Shown: positions 23,935 to 38,286 of the stretch, piece by piece
Layout of the letters: each line of letters begins with the position of its first letter
Position numbering within the stretch: the first letter of the stretch is position 1
Source: Daphnia carinata
Taxonomy: Eukaryota
Length of the DNA stretch: 64,000 nt
Assembly (NCBI RefSeq): GCF_022539665.2
Contig: NC_081331.1
Span: forward strand, 12,586,001-12,650,000
Direction of reading: 5' to 3'
Position numbers and translations under genes: made by a program
Notes under the pieces: generated by a model
Seen by the model: only the letters and a program-made list of their open reading frames with translations
Databases searched by the model: none
Told to the model about the DNA's origin: nothing

Positions 23935-26900
23935 AGAAAGAAAAGTGCGATAAATACAAGGCGCGTATGTTGGCCAAACCCGGGGGTGAAGTAGACGTTG
24001 AAAAACTAAGAGAAAGAGAAACACTGTGTGGCATTCAGTGTAAACAGTATATTTAGACGTGACTGCGCCACTCGGCTGCGGATTAACGCGGTTTAACACG
24101 CCAACCGAAACAAAACAAAAGAAGAAATGTTAAAAAAAAAAAAAAAAAAGAAGGCGGTGACAAAAAAAAAAAGAAGGTTTACACGTTTGTACATGTGCGT
24201 ATGTATAAAAAAAAACAAGAGCATCACGATGGTTGGGGTACATGTACAATATAACTTAAATAGAGAGAGATGTGAACGGTGGGAGATGCAATATTTATAG
24301 AGCGATGGCAAGAAAAATCTAGAACATGTGTGAGGTGATGGTTATATACACACGTTGCTATGTGTAGGAGATGTTTGGATATTTATCTATGTTATTTTGG
24401 TATTTTACACCGTGTTTTATTACGATTAGGATTGCATTTTGAAATATCAAAAATAGATGCACATACACGTGGAGCTAATCAGAATTGCATATTCTTCCAA
24501 CGCAGCTCGTTTTTCCTGTCAAGGTTTCTGATTCTATTAAGGGAACGCATATTTAATTTTTATTTTTTTATAAAAGGTATGTGGAAATGTGGTGTTACTA
24601 TGGTCGCCTTGATTTCTCAGTGAATATGTAAGACACACTACAACGAGCACCTTGCATATGCAGACAATTTCTTATTTATAAATAAGCGTAACACGCCGTA
24701 TTTGTGCCCATATATACGACATACAAAGTTCTAATGATCATGTATACTCTTATCCAATCACGAACGCGGAGTATAAAGGCCATTCGGTTGTACATCTGCG
24801 GGAGAAAAAAAAAAACTTAATTAAGAGTGCGAGAGGCTAAACCACATTTTTATGCATATGAAATAACTGTCTTGTGCATATATTTATATACTGGAATATG
24901 AGATAGTAGGTTCTGGTTGATGGTGGAAAGCCAAATGTTTTTGTTAGGGGAGAAAAAAAAAATGTTTTTAAAATTCTGGGAAAACGCGTTTGTCACGACT
25001 GCGCGCGCGCAATCTAAATATGCAAGGGCAATTGATCTAAATAATAGAAGGCAAAATGCGTTGGTATATATGCGTATCTCGATCGATCGGCCGCCGCTTT
25101 TTTATGCAGAAATGTGCGTATGTTTGGACAGCATATAGGCAAGGCCTAACCTTCTGCGTCATTTCGTTTGTTGGGAACTCTTCCATCGCAATAGGAAAAG
25201 CGAATGAAAAATGCGCGTATTATAAATTACGCACAGCTAGGATCTACTGCCTCGTGAGAACAGCATTCCACCACTGTATCGAAAAGGAATCGATAATCGA
25301 TTGCGATGGCCAGAATGGGCACGCCAGTTATTGATCAACTCGTTTTTTTTTCCCTTCTCTTAACCGGATCCCTCCTAGTAGGATATATGTTACATTTATT
25401 GATGTATAGCCTATAGCTATATATTAATGTTCGCATTCATTGTCTTGGTGCTGCTGCATTCCTCCTTTATTTTTTATTTTTTTTGATTTCTGTTTTCATA
25501 ATTATTTCTCCTGTTCACTCTGTACAATCCAGTTCCTTATCTCATACCCAATTCCGATTTCCTTCAACCACTGAAATGGATTTCCCTGAATTTTCTTTCT
25601 TTTATTCGTAACATGCAGTTCGTGTAGTCATTATTCTTATTTTTCCAAAATCGGCTCGAGACGTATTTTTTTTTCTTCATCATTGCGATTTTAACCTTAA
25701 TCCAAATTAAAAAAAAAAAATTCTATTTGAAGAAACGCTATGTCCGTGACGCAGTTAAGTGAACGTACAAATGCTATTAGTAAAGGGAAATATGTAAAAC
25801 AATAAATAAACGATGAATCTATAAACGCCCATCAGAAGTCGATCAGTCATGGGCGTGCCAGTGGTGACGTTCATACCGCATCTAAATAAAACCACGTGCT
25901 GTTTCTAAATAATTCTCGCCTACCGCCTCTCAGAAAAAAAGAATGGAATGGAAGTATAAAAAAAAAAAAAAAAATTATGGAGATCAACAGCAGTTCAGTT
26001 TTTTAAAGACAGTTAATAGACAGGAGAAGTGGAGCCAGTGCTCAATATGCATACATAGGGATGCACGGATGCTGGTGGAAGTTAATCCGCAACGTCAGCT
26101 ATATAGTACATTGACAAGATTTGAAAAGAAAAATAAAATGTCTTATTGATTTTTCTGAAATAAAGGGCAGGCTTTTGTTCAATCGGGTGATGTCCACCAG
26201 GAAAAGATATATAGAGTCTTTAACATCGTAAAAAGTATGATTTATCTATTCGGAGATCAAATGTACGGAGACGCGTATATATGTATATACACATACACGT
26301 ACGCGGAGCACATCAACATTTGACAGCTGATGGGAGAAGTCAGAAAATCCTGGCCGGAAGGGACACCTGATGGATTGAAATGAAGAAAATAAAAATATAT
26401 GTATATTTTTTTTTTCTGGGGTATATAGATGAATACAATAGAAATTGAAGGAAGACGAGCAAGTCCTTCCCTTTTTTTTTTTTTTTTTTTTTTTTTCTGT
26501 GTGTGTTGTTGCCATGGAAATATATAGAACTGACGAGGGGAAATTTTTAAAAGAAGAATACATTTGAAGAAAACTGTTATTGTTGCTGTGCCGAGAGTCC
26601 GTCTGACTGCCTGCCCGTCAGGCCCACACCACTATACGATTGCGTCCGAACTTCGTGTTTCTTCTTATCAGACAAGTCCACGTCAAATTGTCTATTGGAT
26701 GACGGGGGCTTTCGCATCAGCAATCCAGCACCAGAAAAATCATGAGGCCATCACTGGTGAAAACCTTTTCCTTTTTTCTTTTTTTTTTTTTTTTTTTTAC
26801 TTTTTTAAATATCAAAATATATAGGATAATGTATGATGCACAAGAGCGCACGATTTCTTTCGACGTCGATGGTGGTGTGCCATCCAGATTGTCTCTCTCG

Positions 26901-29900
26901 CCCCGATGGGCACGAGGAAAAACAACATGAAGTATAGAGCCAACAACAACATAAAACATCTTTATCATTATTTTAAAAACTTTACTCTTTGTTTTATGCA
27001 CACGAAAGAAAAAAATGGGTGTGTGTGTGTGTGTGTGTTTTACATTTATAATATTCTTAAAATATATATAAATTTTAGATTGCGACGGCTGGAAGGCAGC
27101 CAGCGCAAACCAACCAATATGTATATTACATGCCACCAGCTTATTTTTTTTTTTTTCTTAATCATATTATTATTCAAACATTAGAATATCAGGTCGATAT
27201 AGTAACAGCTGAGCTACGGAAACCCACACGATTTGATGCTCCCGTTGGGATACATTGTCTCAATCACAAACCTCAATTTGCACAACGAGCTATTAGGTAA
27301 TGCACAATTCGTTTTGCCAAATGATAAAAACAGATACAATCAATTTTGATGTAAGAGGAAGATGATAGTCTGCGAAATATATTTGAAAAAAAAAAAAAAA
27401 GTCCCCTTTGGCTATACTGAAAAATCAGATTAAAAGACGGACAGCCAAAGAAAACGTACATTCACCGTGTAGGCTTCATGCGGTATCTATACTGTACATA
27501 TATAGCTTGTATAACAAAGAGGAAGCGGACCTGTAGAAGGTCTTGGTGCCAAAAAGGTGAGACGATAAGGACCTTTTTGCCGTCTATTTCATGGAGAAAA
27601 ATATTTTCTAGCACCGATCTTCGCAGAAGGACAGAATGTGTATACGAAAGAAATATAGGAACATGTGTAAATGCACGTATAGGAAAAAAAAAGGGCTGCA
27701 AAAAGAAACAATAGACGAGTGATAGAAAAGGGCAGCTATAAGAAGAAAAGGATTTGACCTGGCTTTTTGCTCTTTGTGGTCACGCAGATGATCTTCTCTA
27801 TAGGCTTATATACACACAGACGAGAGTGGAGAGCTTGAAAATGTTCCTATTCAATCTCTCTAAGCCGAGTACATCACAAAGGCAAAGAATCAGCTGATGG
27901 ACAACAAGTGACAAAATATGTAGACTTCTTTTTTTTTTTTTTCCCTTCTTCTTTATTCCTGCTCGTCAAGGGGCTTCCCTCTTTTTATAGGCCTCATGTA
28001 TAGAAAATAGATTGAATGCAGATGGCGAGATATAGGACAGCTCTATGATAATGCCATAGCGGTGAATGCATATAAACAATATCGAAGGTGGTAGTCGAAA
28101 AAATGCATATAAGAAGTCATTAGTATAGACAATTGGAGTGGGGGTTTAAAGGTCAAAACAACGGGAGGTCATCACCATCGAACAGAGGAGAGAGAAAACA
28201 AAAATAGAAGCCCTTCCCCCCCCCTCCTTAGTCGCCATTGTTTAAACCAATCCTTCAAAGTAGGACGACGTACCTGATTTATTGGCAATTCGATCCGCAA
28301 AAAGAAATGAATTGTACCCCAAACGTATAAGATCCAGTTTATTAACCGAAATAAAATAAATATATAAAATAAGGTAATAACACAGTTGCACATATATTCC
28401 CCACTGTTATGTTCCAATAACAAGAAGAAGCTCCTTTTCACAGCTTCAGGGGGACAGTGAGTTGGGTAATTGGATCTCGGAAGCGAGCGGCGCTCATTCT
28501 CAGCCTATCGTGTGACACACGCTCATGTCCTCCCCCTCCTTTTTTCTCCCGTTTCCCGCAAGTCGACTGTCTCTTTTTATTTTTCTCTGCTCATATTCAT
28601 TTACCCTCGCACCACACTGTATATTATTTACAATATTAAAAAAAAAAAAAAATAAGGGGGGGGGGGGGGGAAGGGGAGGAAATTCTATACGTGACAGCTT
28701 CTCTATTGAATCTCTATGTGTCACAAGAAGGTCAAAAACTGTCAATAATCCTTCACCATTGCTATATATATAAATAACAGCGTCACCTGCCACCCACCGC
28801 AAGAACATTTCAATGTTGACTGTTGTGGTATACAAGCCCTTATACGGGATCTTATGTCGCGTGTTTTGTTTGTTTTTTTGCCAACGTAACGCCCTCTGTA
28901 TTTCTAGTTATTTGCGCGTTCCAGTAAAAATGAAAAGCGCAGCACGTTCAAGCAAACGTATTGAAACGCTTCAGTAATATGAATAGGAAATCTAATTAGC
29001 CAACGGGACACGTGTTATAGCGTCCAGCCGATGATTACACGGACGCGTGTCGACATGGAACACGTTAGACTACATCATCCATATGGAAAATGTAACAAAA
29101 AAGAATTAAAGCGATTACGTTTGGCTGTCGACAAAATGCGATCAACGCCCGATGACTTTGCTCGATACATCCGATAACATTCAGCATTTTCGATCATATT
29201 GTCTCCTACTATGTATAGGCCCATATCTATACGGAACGACGTTGATCGATATCTCCTCCATTTTTTTTTTTTAAACAAAAATTCCCGGTCGTATTTTTTT
29301 TTTAGCTGTTCCAGTTGTCGGCAACACATCCCCACACCGTATGTCTAACACACGAAAAGGTGAATGAAATGCACGACACGTTTTGAATATTGTCATCAAT
29401 AAAAAAAAAAGCCGCAAAGTCCAAAGGAGAGGGGGAGACCGTGTCGGCTTCTAATAGAGCACGCGACCGAACGCGTTTCCGATCGAGGTCACGTGCCGTC
29501 CGCTGGCTGCCACTTCCGTTTTTCTCCTCCGCACTCCCTAACCGATGGTTGAAACACACCGGGCCTCTCTCTCTCTACATATATATATATATATGCCAAC
29601 CGCATCGAATCCAATCACCACTCTGATATAGCAGAAATGTTTTCCTCTTTGCACACCCATCGACTTCTTTCCCTTTTTTTTTTTGGAGGGGGGACGATGG
29701 CCGTTCACTTGGCATTTTCACCTCTTGAACGGGGTACAAAGGAAAGGGGAGTTGCATTTGTAAAATATGACAGGCACAAAAGGGTTATTATTATAGGTAT
29801 AGCAAAGGAAGGGGGGGGGTTCTTATAAAAGAAAAAGGGCATCAAAATATGTCGCGTGTGTTGCTGTGTGTCGGTTTGATTATCGATCTGACACACACCG

Positions 29901-32900
29901 CAAAAGCGGAACACGGTGACGTCCTTTTCCGACCGGACTGCTGCATGTAACGGCTTTTCAAAAATGAGCCAATTGTTCGGCCACAACAAATCGATTGGGT
30001 GGGAATCGACACAAGAAAAGAAAATGAATAGATTTCTTTTTCCCCCCCTTTTTTTTTTCTTGTTTGGCGTGCGGGCAGAGGCGAAATGGAGTGTGTCGAA
30101 ATACTCCATAGAAAACGAACATTGGAAAAAGGGGGGGGAGGACAAACGAAGAGTTTAACAACAACAAGGTGATTGTATTGAAGAGTTGATGAATCACCTG
30201 CGCTCTAAGATTTTGTTTAGAGAAAATAAGAAGGACCATCGAATGCGAATCCTTTCAGCCAAATACGTGCAATTCTTTAAAAAAATGTAGAAAAAAAAAA
30301 GAAAACAAATGGCTGGGTTTTTGGTTGCCAGGCAAAGCTGCTAGCGAAAATGGGCTGGAGTCACGTCCTTGGAACAAAGAAAAAAAAAAAAGGTTGAACA
30401 ATGAACGAAAAAAAAAAAATTGCGAATTTTCGGATTTGGCATTCAGCCCATTCGTCACTTGTTGGTTTGATTACATTCAACGTGAATTTCTGTGCCGTCC
30501 TTTCAAATGAGCCGCTATCACTCGAAACGATTTCTACGTACTCGGTGAACGTGGACGTTTTCGTCGCATTTGCATTGCGGGGTGGAAGGAAACAATACGC
30601 GGCACACATCGTTTTATCTCACATTTTTTTTTTTTTCTTTAAAAGCCAATCCCATCTGCAGAATGCGTGCGACACAGTTGTGTGGTTTTTTAGGCTTCCG
30701 TTGGTTTCCTCGTAATATACAAATTCTTTTTTCGGTATGTTATTAGAAAAGACCCGACACGGACACCGTTTTATTGTACGCACGAAATAGCATCAGTTCA
30801 TTCTTAATGGGATTATTAACGACCCCCTGTAGCGAGTGGGAAACGTAAATGCCATTCAACCCCCCCTCCCCTCTCTCTTCAAAAACAGCCACTGCAATAG
30901 CTATTATTCTTCCTTTTTTTTTCATTTTGCTATTTATAGATTTATTACGAAATCATTTTATTTCATCCCGAACGAGAGGACGTACGGACGTGTCCAGACA
31001 AACTCAAACTCAAAAAAAATTGGCGGGACTTTTGATTTTAACTTTTGATTTTGCCTCAACAGGTTTGCCTAACAAGCCAATGGGGCATCATATTCGTTTA
31101 TATAGTTGCGTTTAACGAGCGCTGTATATCTCCTTATGTATTTAAAAAATAAATATTGATGCAATCATAGCGGGAAAACTTATTTAAAAAAAAAAAAACG
31201 AATAAAAATGGGCGGCAACAGTCGGCGGCAATTCTCTGGCTCCTTCCTCTTCTACAACAGTTAAATGACTATTGCTTCATCGCTATCTCTCAACTGATGA
31301 TGATGCAGGCGCGACCAAACGACGACGGCCCCAAAAAAAGTCGCCATCTTGTCTTTTTTTTTTTTTTTTTTTTTTTTTTCGTTTTTTGTTTTGTGTTCCG
31401 AGGCAAAAACAAAACAAAAACTGATTCTAGCGCTGATGTCTTCGCTGTCCAGCAAAAATACATATCGTCGTGTATCCATTCGTGTGCCCGTGTTTAATAG
31501 ACCCAGCCCTCCTCCTCCTCCATCCTCTCGCTGTGTCAAACTACCACACAACGAGCGAAGAAGAGGAGGACTATGGCCCGAAGAAGAGACAACACGGCCG
31601 ACAGCAGACACAGTGTCGTGATGTGTAAAAGCTTCGGCGCCGCCGCCCGTTTCCTTTTTTTTTTTTTTTTTTTTTTTTTTTTGTTTGCTGCTGCCGTTGC
31701 TTCTTATAACCAATGGCATCATCAACCCCCACCTCGTCTATACGTAGACGAGAGACTCGAGTCGCCCGCATAAGCAACAGCGAAAAAAAAAAAAAATAAA
31801 ATAAAAAAAGACACACGCATATCTTTTCTTTCTTTTTTTTTTTTTCTTTCGGTGTGGTTCGCTACAGCTGTCGAAGATGATGTTTTCTTTTTCTGTCGCC
31901 CCTTTTTTTTTTTTTTTTTTTTTTTTTAAATGCGACAGAGGTCCGATGTTTGGCGGGAAGTTACGAACCGTCTTAGATGTATACTACGTGTTTGTAGTAG
32001 TGCGATGTGCTTTGATTTTTTTTTTCTTGCCTTGGCTTTTGGCCGCGCCACCCAAGCTCGTAAATATCTTTTTTTTTTTTTTAACCCACGGACAGGGAGC
32101 AGCTAAAAAAGACAAGGACAAAAAACACTCGACTTTGTAGTCAACCGGAAAGTCGGATGTACTTGTGTCTGTTTTTGCTTGTTTTTGTTTTTTTTTACGA
32201 TCTCATTGACGATCCTACTGCAACAATGTGCGTTGTGAGACGTGCGAAATGAAGATGGCAATGCAACTTCATTCGAATTATTTTTCATGCCCAATTTGAA
32301 ACAAATAAAAGGGATACATGTAAATAAACTAAAGGACCTCTTAGTGCATTCTTCTGGTATAGCCGCGAAGCTATTCAAATACAAGCGAAGTCGTCGATCT
32401 AAAACAAAACCACTTCGATGCCATCAAAAAAAGACCAGCTAAACGTATATAGATGCCTTTCAGTCTCTCTTAGCTTTCCACGTAACCACGACGTACTTAT
32501 CTCCATTTTTTTCTTTCTAAAACAAATAAGAAAAAAGACCCCAGACAAATTCGAATTTCGATACCATTCATTTCACGTATAGACTTTCCCTGTTAAACGC
32601 GCACGAAATGGAGCGGACAAATGCTTTTAAATCGAAAACAAAAAAATCGAACAGCGAGACACATATACAACATACGTATATTGTAGGCTTTCCTCAAAAT
32701 CAAAGTATAACTAGCTGTTATACAGCCACTCTACACGTCTAATCAGAGAAAGGGGAGAGAGGTCGATATTCGGTGATGGCCGATCGTCTATAAACAGGGC
32801 GATCAACGGAGGAGGGGGGGGGGGTCGGAACGCTAATCAGCATTTTTATAGGGCCAGCCCTATTAGCTGTACAACTGTAGCTACTTCTATGTAGTCTATA

Positions 32901-35900
32901 TATGCCACTAAATGCCAGCAATTTGTATATATACACTCTCAGCTGGAAGGGGGGTGGGGGTATAGTCGTTGACGGTATAGAGTATCTGTGTATGTCACCG
33001 CATATCGTAAGGCGACAGTCCATTTCGATGGGTGGCGCGTCTCGGAATCATGCTCAAATGGCCTATAATAGGGTGCTGTCTGTTTTAAAGTATACATACG
33101 CAAACTAGAGACAATCGGGCACAAGTAAAAAAGAAAGAGAGAGACGAGTTGGAGAGAGTACCATCAAATGTAGGCCTATCAGAACAGACGTTTAAACGCG
33201 ATAAAAACCTTTCCCTTCTGTATTAGTCTCTACGCACATGTGAAACCCAGAATGTATATCGTGTAAAACGAAATCATTTCAAGACGAGACATTTATAAGA
33301 GCACCCCACTCCCTCTCCTCAGAAGAAAAAAAAAATCCATCACTATGTAGCCATTACGGATAATACACATCCTATCAACCGTCAAGTAAATATCAAACAA
33401 ATAACCATCCACATCAAATAGATCCTGATGACGTAACGTCCTCTATTTTTTTTTTTTTTTTTTTTCATTGGAGGGGGGTGGGGGTGGGGGTGGGTTTATA
33501 TACTAAATCTAAAATACGAAATACATCAGGACAAGGAGAATTTGTGAGACGCAAGGCGAGACAACTATTAGCCTCTTCCAATATCATCCAGTCTCATTCT
33601 AATATAACAGCCGGCGCCTCTCGTTTTATTTTTTATTTTTATTTTTTTCTTCTCCATGGCCCGCCTGGAACATGTTTCAACCCCCGCGCGCGCGCCATCG
33701 ACGGAACTTGAACAACTTTTCTCTTCTTCCTCTGTCTGCATATTTTTTTTTTTTTTTTCTTGTTACATTCCTTTATTTTATTTTTTTTTTCTTCCTTGGC
33801 TAGTCGCGCCATCACACAACAAGATCACAGAAGCAGCCACGGGAAGTTCTATAGCAATCCCCCCCCCCCCCCCCCCTCGGTCACAAAAGAAAAAAGAAGT
33901 TACAAGAGGTTGTGTCCGCGCCGGTTGGGCGCCAATATCATTCGGGCAACTGGATTTTTTTTAGCTGCAACGTCGCCGTCATGTCCCCTTTTTCCTTCTT
34001 CTTATTGTTACATTATAAATTGAATTAAATACTCGTAACGATGAATGAAGTTTTCGATTGATTTCTAAATTCCACGAATAGTTTCAATGAAAAACAAAAT
34101 AGGACATTGTGGAAGTCGTGGTGGACAAAGTAATGAGACCAACTTGTCCCCACATCCCCTTCAATAAGTCATGAGCCCCACCCCCCTCTCCTTGGTCCTT
34201 TTTTTTTTTTTTTGTTTCCATCCGTTATTGGATCCGGTGGCTCCTACTGGGCCGTTTGCGGTTGTCTACCCGACAATGTCCAGCAGAAGTATACAGTCCC
34301 AAAAAGAAAAAAAAAAAAAAGCAACTGGGATAGAATAGAGATACAACTCTAACGTTGAAATCTCCCTTCTTTTTCTTATTTTTTTTTTGCCTCTTATTAC
34401 GACTGGAACTCTGTTGCCTATTTTATCTTTTACTGAGAGAGAGACTATATGTCCCAAGTTATATGTTTTCCTCCGTCCCCCCCCCCCCCCCCAGACATCC
34501 CTCTCTCTATACGCTTCTGTCGGGGCCCTGGTTTTTTTTTTTTTTCGATGGTTGTTCAAATGTCCAGACGACGAGATCCAGAATCTTGTTCCTTCTGTCT
34601 GTGTCGTATATATATATATTTCTGTGTATGTGTGCGGTATTAGACTTGCCTATGCAGACGTAGACCTTGATCTCCATAATATACGACTGCAAACAAGAAA
34701 TAACAGCGAAGGCCTTATGATATATTGTTTTCTCTTCTCAACAATACGACGATGATGTGTTTGCTAGATGAAAATGTGTGAACTACCAGTTGGTAAACAT
34801 TATTGGCTATTTTTTTTTTTTTTGTCTATGATGACACGATCCTCTGACAGACAGGAAATGGCGTCATTCAATAGGGAGAAAATAAAAACGAAATGCAGCA
34901 GAGTCTTTAATGGCAACCAATTTCAGTGTACAATAGATTTGCTATATTAGTTTCCCCGTGTGTGCGACAACTACACCGATATCCGGCCCGTGTGACGCTT
35001 TAGTGACAATTCATCCGCATCGACCGGAAGGATGATTCGTTATTTTCTTTTCCCCCCCTTTTTTTTAAATGGTTGGATTGAGCTGACGACGCCCCTAGAA
35101 GGTGTGTAACATCCAATCCCTTCCATCAAGTGAGAATTCGGACACAATAAGATTAAAACATAAAATTTTATAATCAATATCAAGAAGCTATACCTACAGC
35201 CAAATATTATTTGAAAGATGTGGATAAACAATAATAGCCCATCGATAATTGTGACCAAAAAAAAAAAATGTAACTGGGAGGAGTTCGATTGTCTGACGTG
35301 TCTTGGCACTCCAAGGTCTACATCCTATTCCTTCTACATCAAACAACCGAACAAAAAAAAAAAAAAAAAAGGGAAGACAACACATATAGACATCTATATA
35401 TCTCGAAACGGGAATGGAGGGGCCTACGCACAGAAGCATTTCTCGCTATATAGCCTATACTAAAAAAAAAAAAAAAAATTTCAGCCCCTCCTGGATGTTA
35501 CATTGGGCCCTCGTCCTTTCCGCCATTCTTTACAAGCCTCTCATTCTCTGTATTAGCGTTATATATATATATATATTTTTTTTTTCTTTCTCGGAGGCCT
35601 TGTCCTTTAGTACTGTACTTCTCTTACTCCCCCTTTTTTTTGAGAGAGAGAAAAGAAGAGGGGGGAGGGGGTGGTGGTGTCTTTTATGTGTAGACAAGTA
35701 GTAGGTAGTACCTCGCGGAACGTTAAAAGCTTCCGCTCTCTTTCGTGCTGTCTCGTTCCTCCTTGGACTCCCTTCCATCATTTGCCATCACTACTATAGT
35801 TTCCCTTTCTTATATCTATTTTTTTTTTTCTTTTCTCGGTTGCTTCTTCTTTTCTTTTTTTATTGATGATTGTTACGGTCTTGTTTGTTCCGTTTGGAGC

Positions 35901-38250
35901 GCCGGCGTCCATCGTGATGTATACCATCGATCGGTTGTTTGTCGATGACATCAGCCCACTGACTCTTATGTAGGCTATTTACGACACGATATGGGCCAAC
36001 GTGAAACGTTTTGAACCATAACACAGAATTATGGAGCTGTTCGATTTGTTTTTTTTTTCAAAATAAATGTATCGATTTATAATTTTCCATCGGAGAGTTA
36101 GAAAGAAATGGAAAGCTTCTAAGTTAATAAACGTCTGATGCCAATAATTCTACTGTTTACCCACACGAGACTGTTGTGAACGAACAAGCAAAAACATTAA
36201 CTTTCTCTGTGTTTACTAATAGTGAAGGGGGAAAAATACATTGGCTATTTACGCGTGAAAGCGTGTGGCGTGAATGCGTCGCAGCGAAACAACAGAAATA
36301 GTTGTATGTATTTTGCATTTCCCTCCCTAAAATTCTCCTCAGTGTGTTGTATGTTTTGACTATGCGGCTTGAACATAGAGAATGCAAGTTAAAAAATAAA
36401 AACGAAAGGGCTATAGACCAGTAGAGTTCTACGAGAATAAAAGTCAAGGCTTTTTCTTCGAGAAATAAATATAAATAAGGCGAAAAAAAAAAAAAAGCAG
36501 GACCTTTTTGCCAGATGTTCAACAACAGTTGTAGTCAGTCAATTTTCTAACTAGACGTCTTAACTTTCCCCACAATTGGTTCGTATATATACACAAGAGC
36601 AAGTCGGTGGAAGAAGCAGAGAGTTAACATCTTCGCCCTCTTCAATGTACTGTCAAATTGACGAGCCTATACATACGCCCCCGCCTCGCCTATACCCACA
36701 ACACTAACCGAAACTATAGCGTGTTAAAAAAAAAAAAGGGGGGGGGGGGGGGGAGGGAGGAGGAGAACCTCACATGTAGAAAGGCCACTATTTTTTCTGT
36801 GCTAAATACCTGCTGTTCTTTTTCAAAAGCGATGAGTGGCAGGTCAAAGGTCGTCCCTGCCGAGACCATAACGGCAGTCAGTTTCAGCAGGTGTTTTATA
36901 GTACTTTTGATTCATAAATGTATTCTCTCCTTCTCCTCGTGTTTATTCAGGCAAAATCATATGCGGACGAAATCCCAAGACAATCGAAAAAGGTAACTGT
37001 TTCAAGTACCTTTATTATTATTTTTTTTTTTTATAGGATAGGGGAGTGACTGTTTTCTCGGAATTTCTAGACCTTTCAAACGGGGATTTGCCCGTACTAC
37101 GAGATAGAAAACTGTTGACATTTGGTAAAAATAAGCTTTTCCAAACAACGCAGAGCTTTTTGGGTTTATATAGGCCATAAGGATGTATGTATACGATGGG
37201 CTGGAATATTTTGTTGATGTGACACACTGGCACGCTCGAGGTGCACGGAAGCTGGTGTCGCATATGTACTCCAGAGCATCATCCATTATTTCTTTCTTTT
37301 GAAAAATTATTATTTTATTTGTTTGACATTTAGCAGCAACGCGCATTGGCTCCTTGCGCCTTTTTATTTTGTTGTTGCTGTGAAACAAGATCCGTGCATT
37401 TGAGGAGGGGCTCAAAGTAAATCGATATTCAGCAAACAGCACGTTGTTGTTCACTGCTGACTATACGTCCTTACGAATAACTTCAATTTCACGCCAGTCA
37501 TCAATTTAAATATTTAAAAATGTCACGACTGGACAATTCGTTATAGGAATCTTAAAAAAAAAAACATCGTACGATTAAATACGCAAGTGTACACGAGGAC
37601 GTATGCAACGTAGGGAGGCGTTTAGGGGTATAGACTCTGACCGATGTCATGTTTGATATGGACCTGGCGGCGTTTTGAAAAAAAAAAAAACTAAATTATC
37701 AGTGACGCCAATATTTGACTTGCTAGTGACGTTTGTAGATCTTTCTCTTTTTAACATTTTGAAAGAAAAAAAAAAAAAAAGAAAGGCGGCAGACATTGCG
37801 TCTCTTCTACGTCGTTTTCCTGCATCGGTGTTGCACACCTTTAGACTTACACCTGTGCTGATGCGGAAATGGTAAATTATATCGAATTGGAACATTTTTG
37901 TTTCTTATCCCTCGTCGTGACTTGATATCATCATTGGAGGCGCCTTGTACACAAAGAGGCATAACCCTCCGGATATTGATTATTTAGCTAATCAGTTGTC
38001 ACGGAGAGAGGGGGACGTCAAATGACGTCGGTTTTCCCGTCGTTTCTTTTCTTTTTCTTTTTTTTTTTTATAAACAAGAAAGGTCGGAGCGAGACGCAAA
38101 AGTCTTCTCATGACATGGAACAGCACGTTCTGTACACAGACACGAGGAAAAAAGAAAAAAAAAAAAAAAAAAGGGAACTGTCGCTTCGTTTGTCCGCGGC
38201 GACTAAACAAGAAGAGGCGGCTCCGATGCACAAACAAACAATCGCCAACG

Positions 38251-38286
<36 letters not shown>
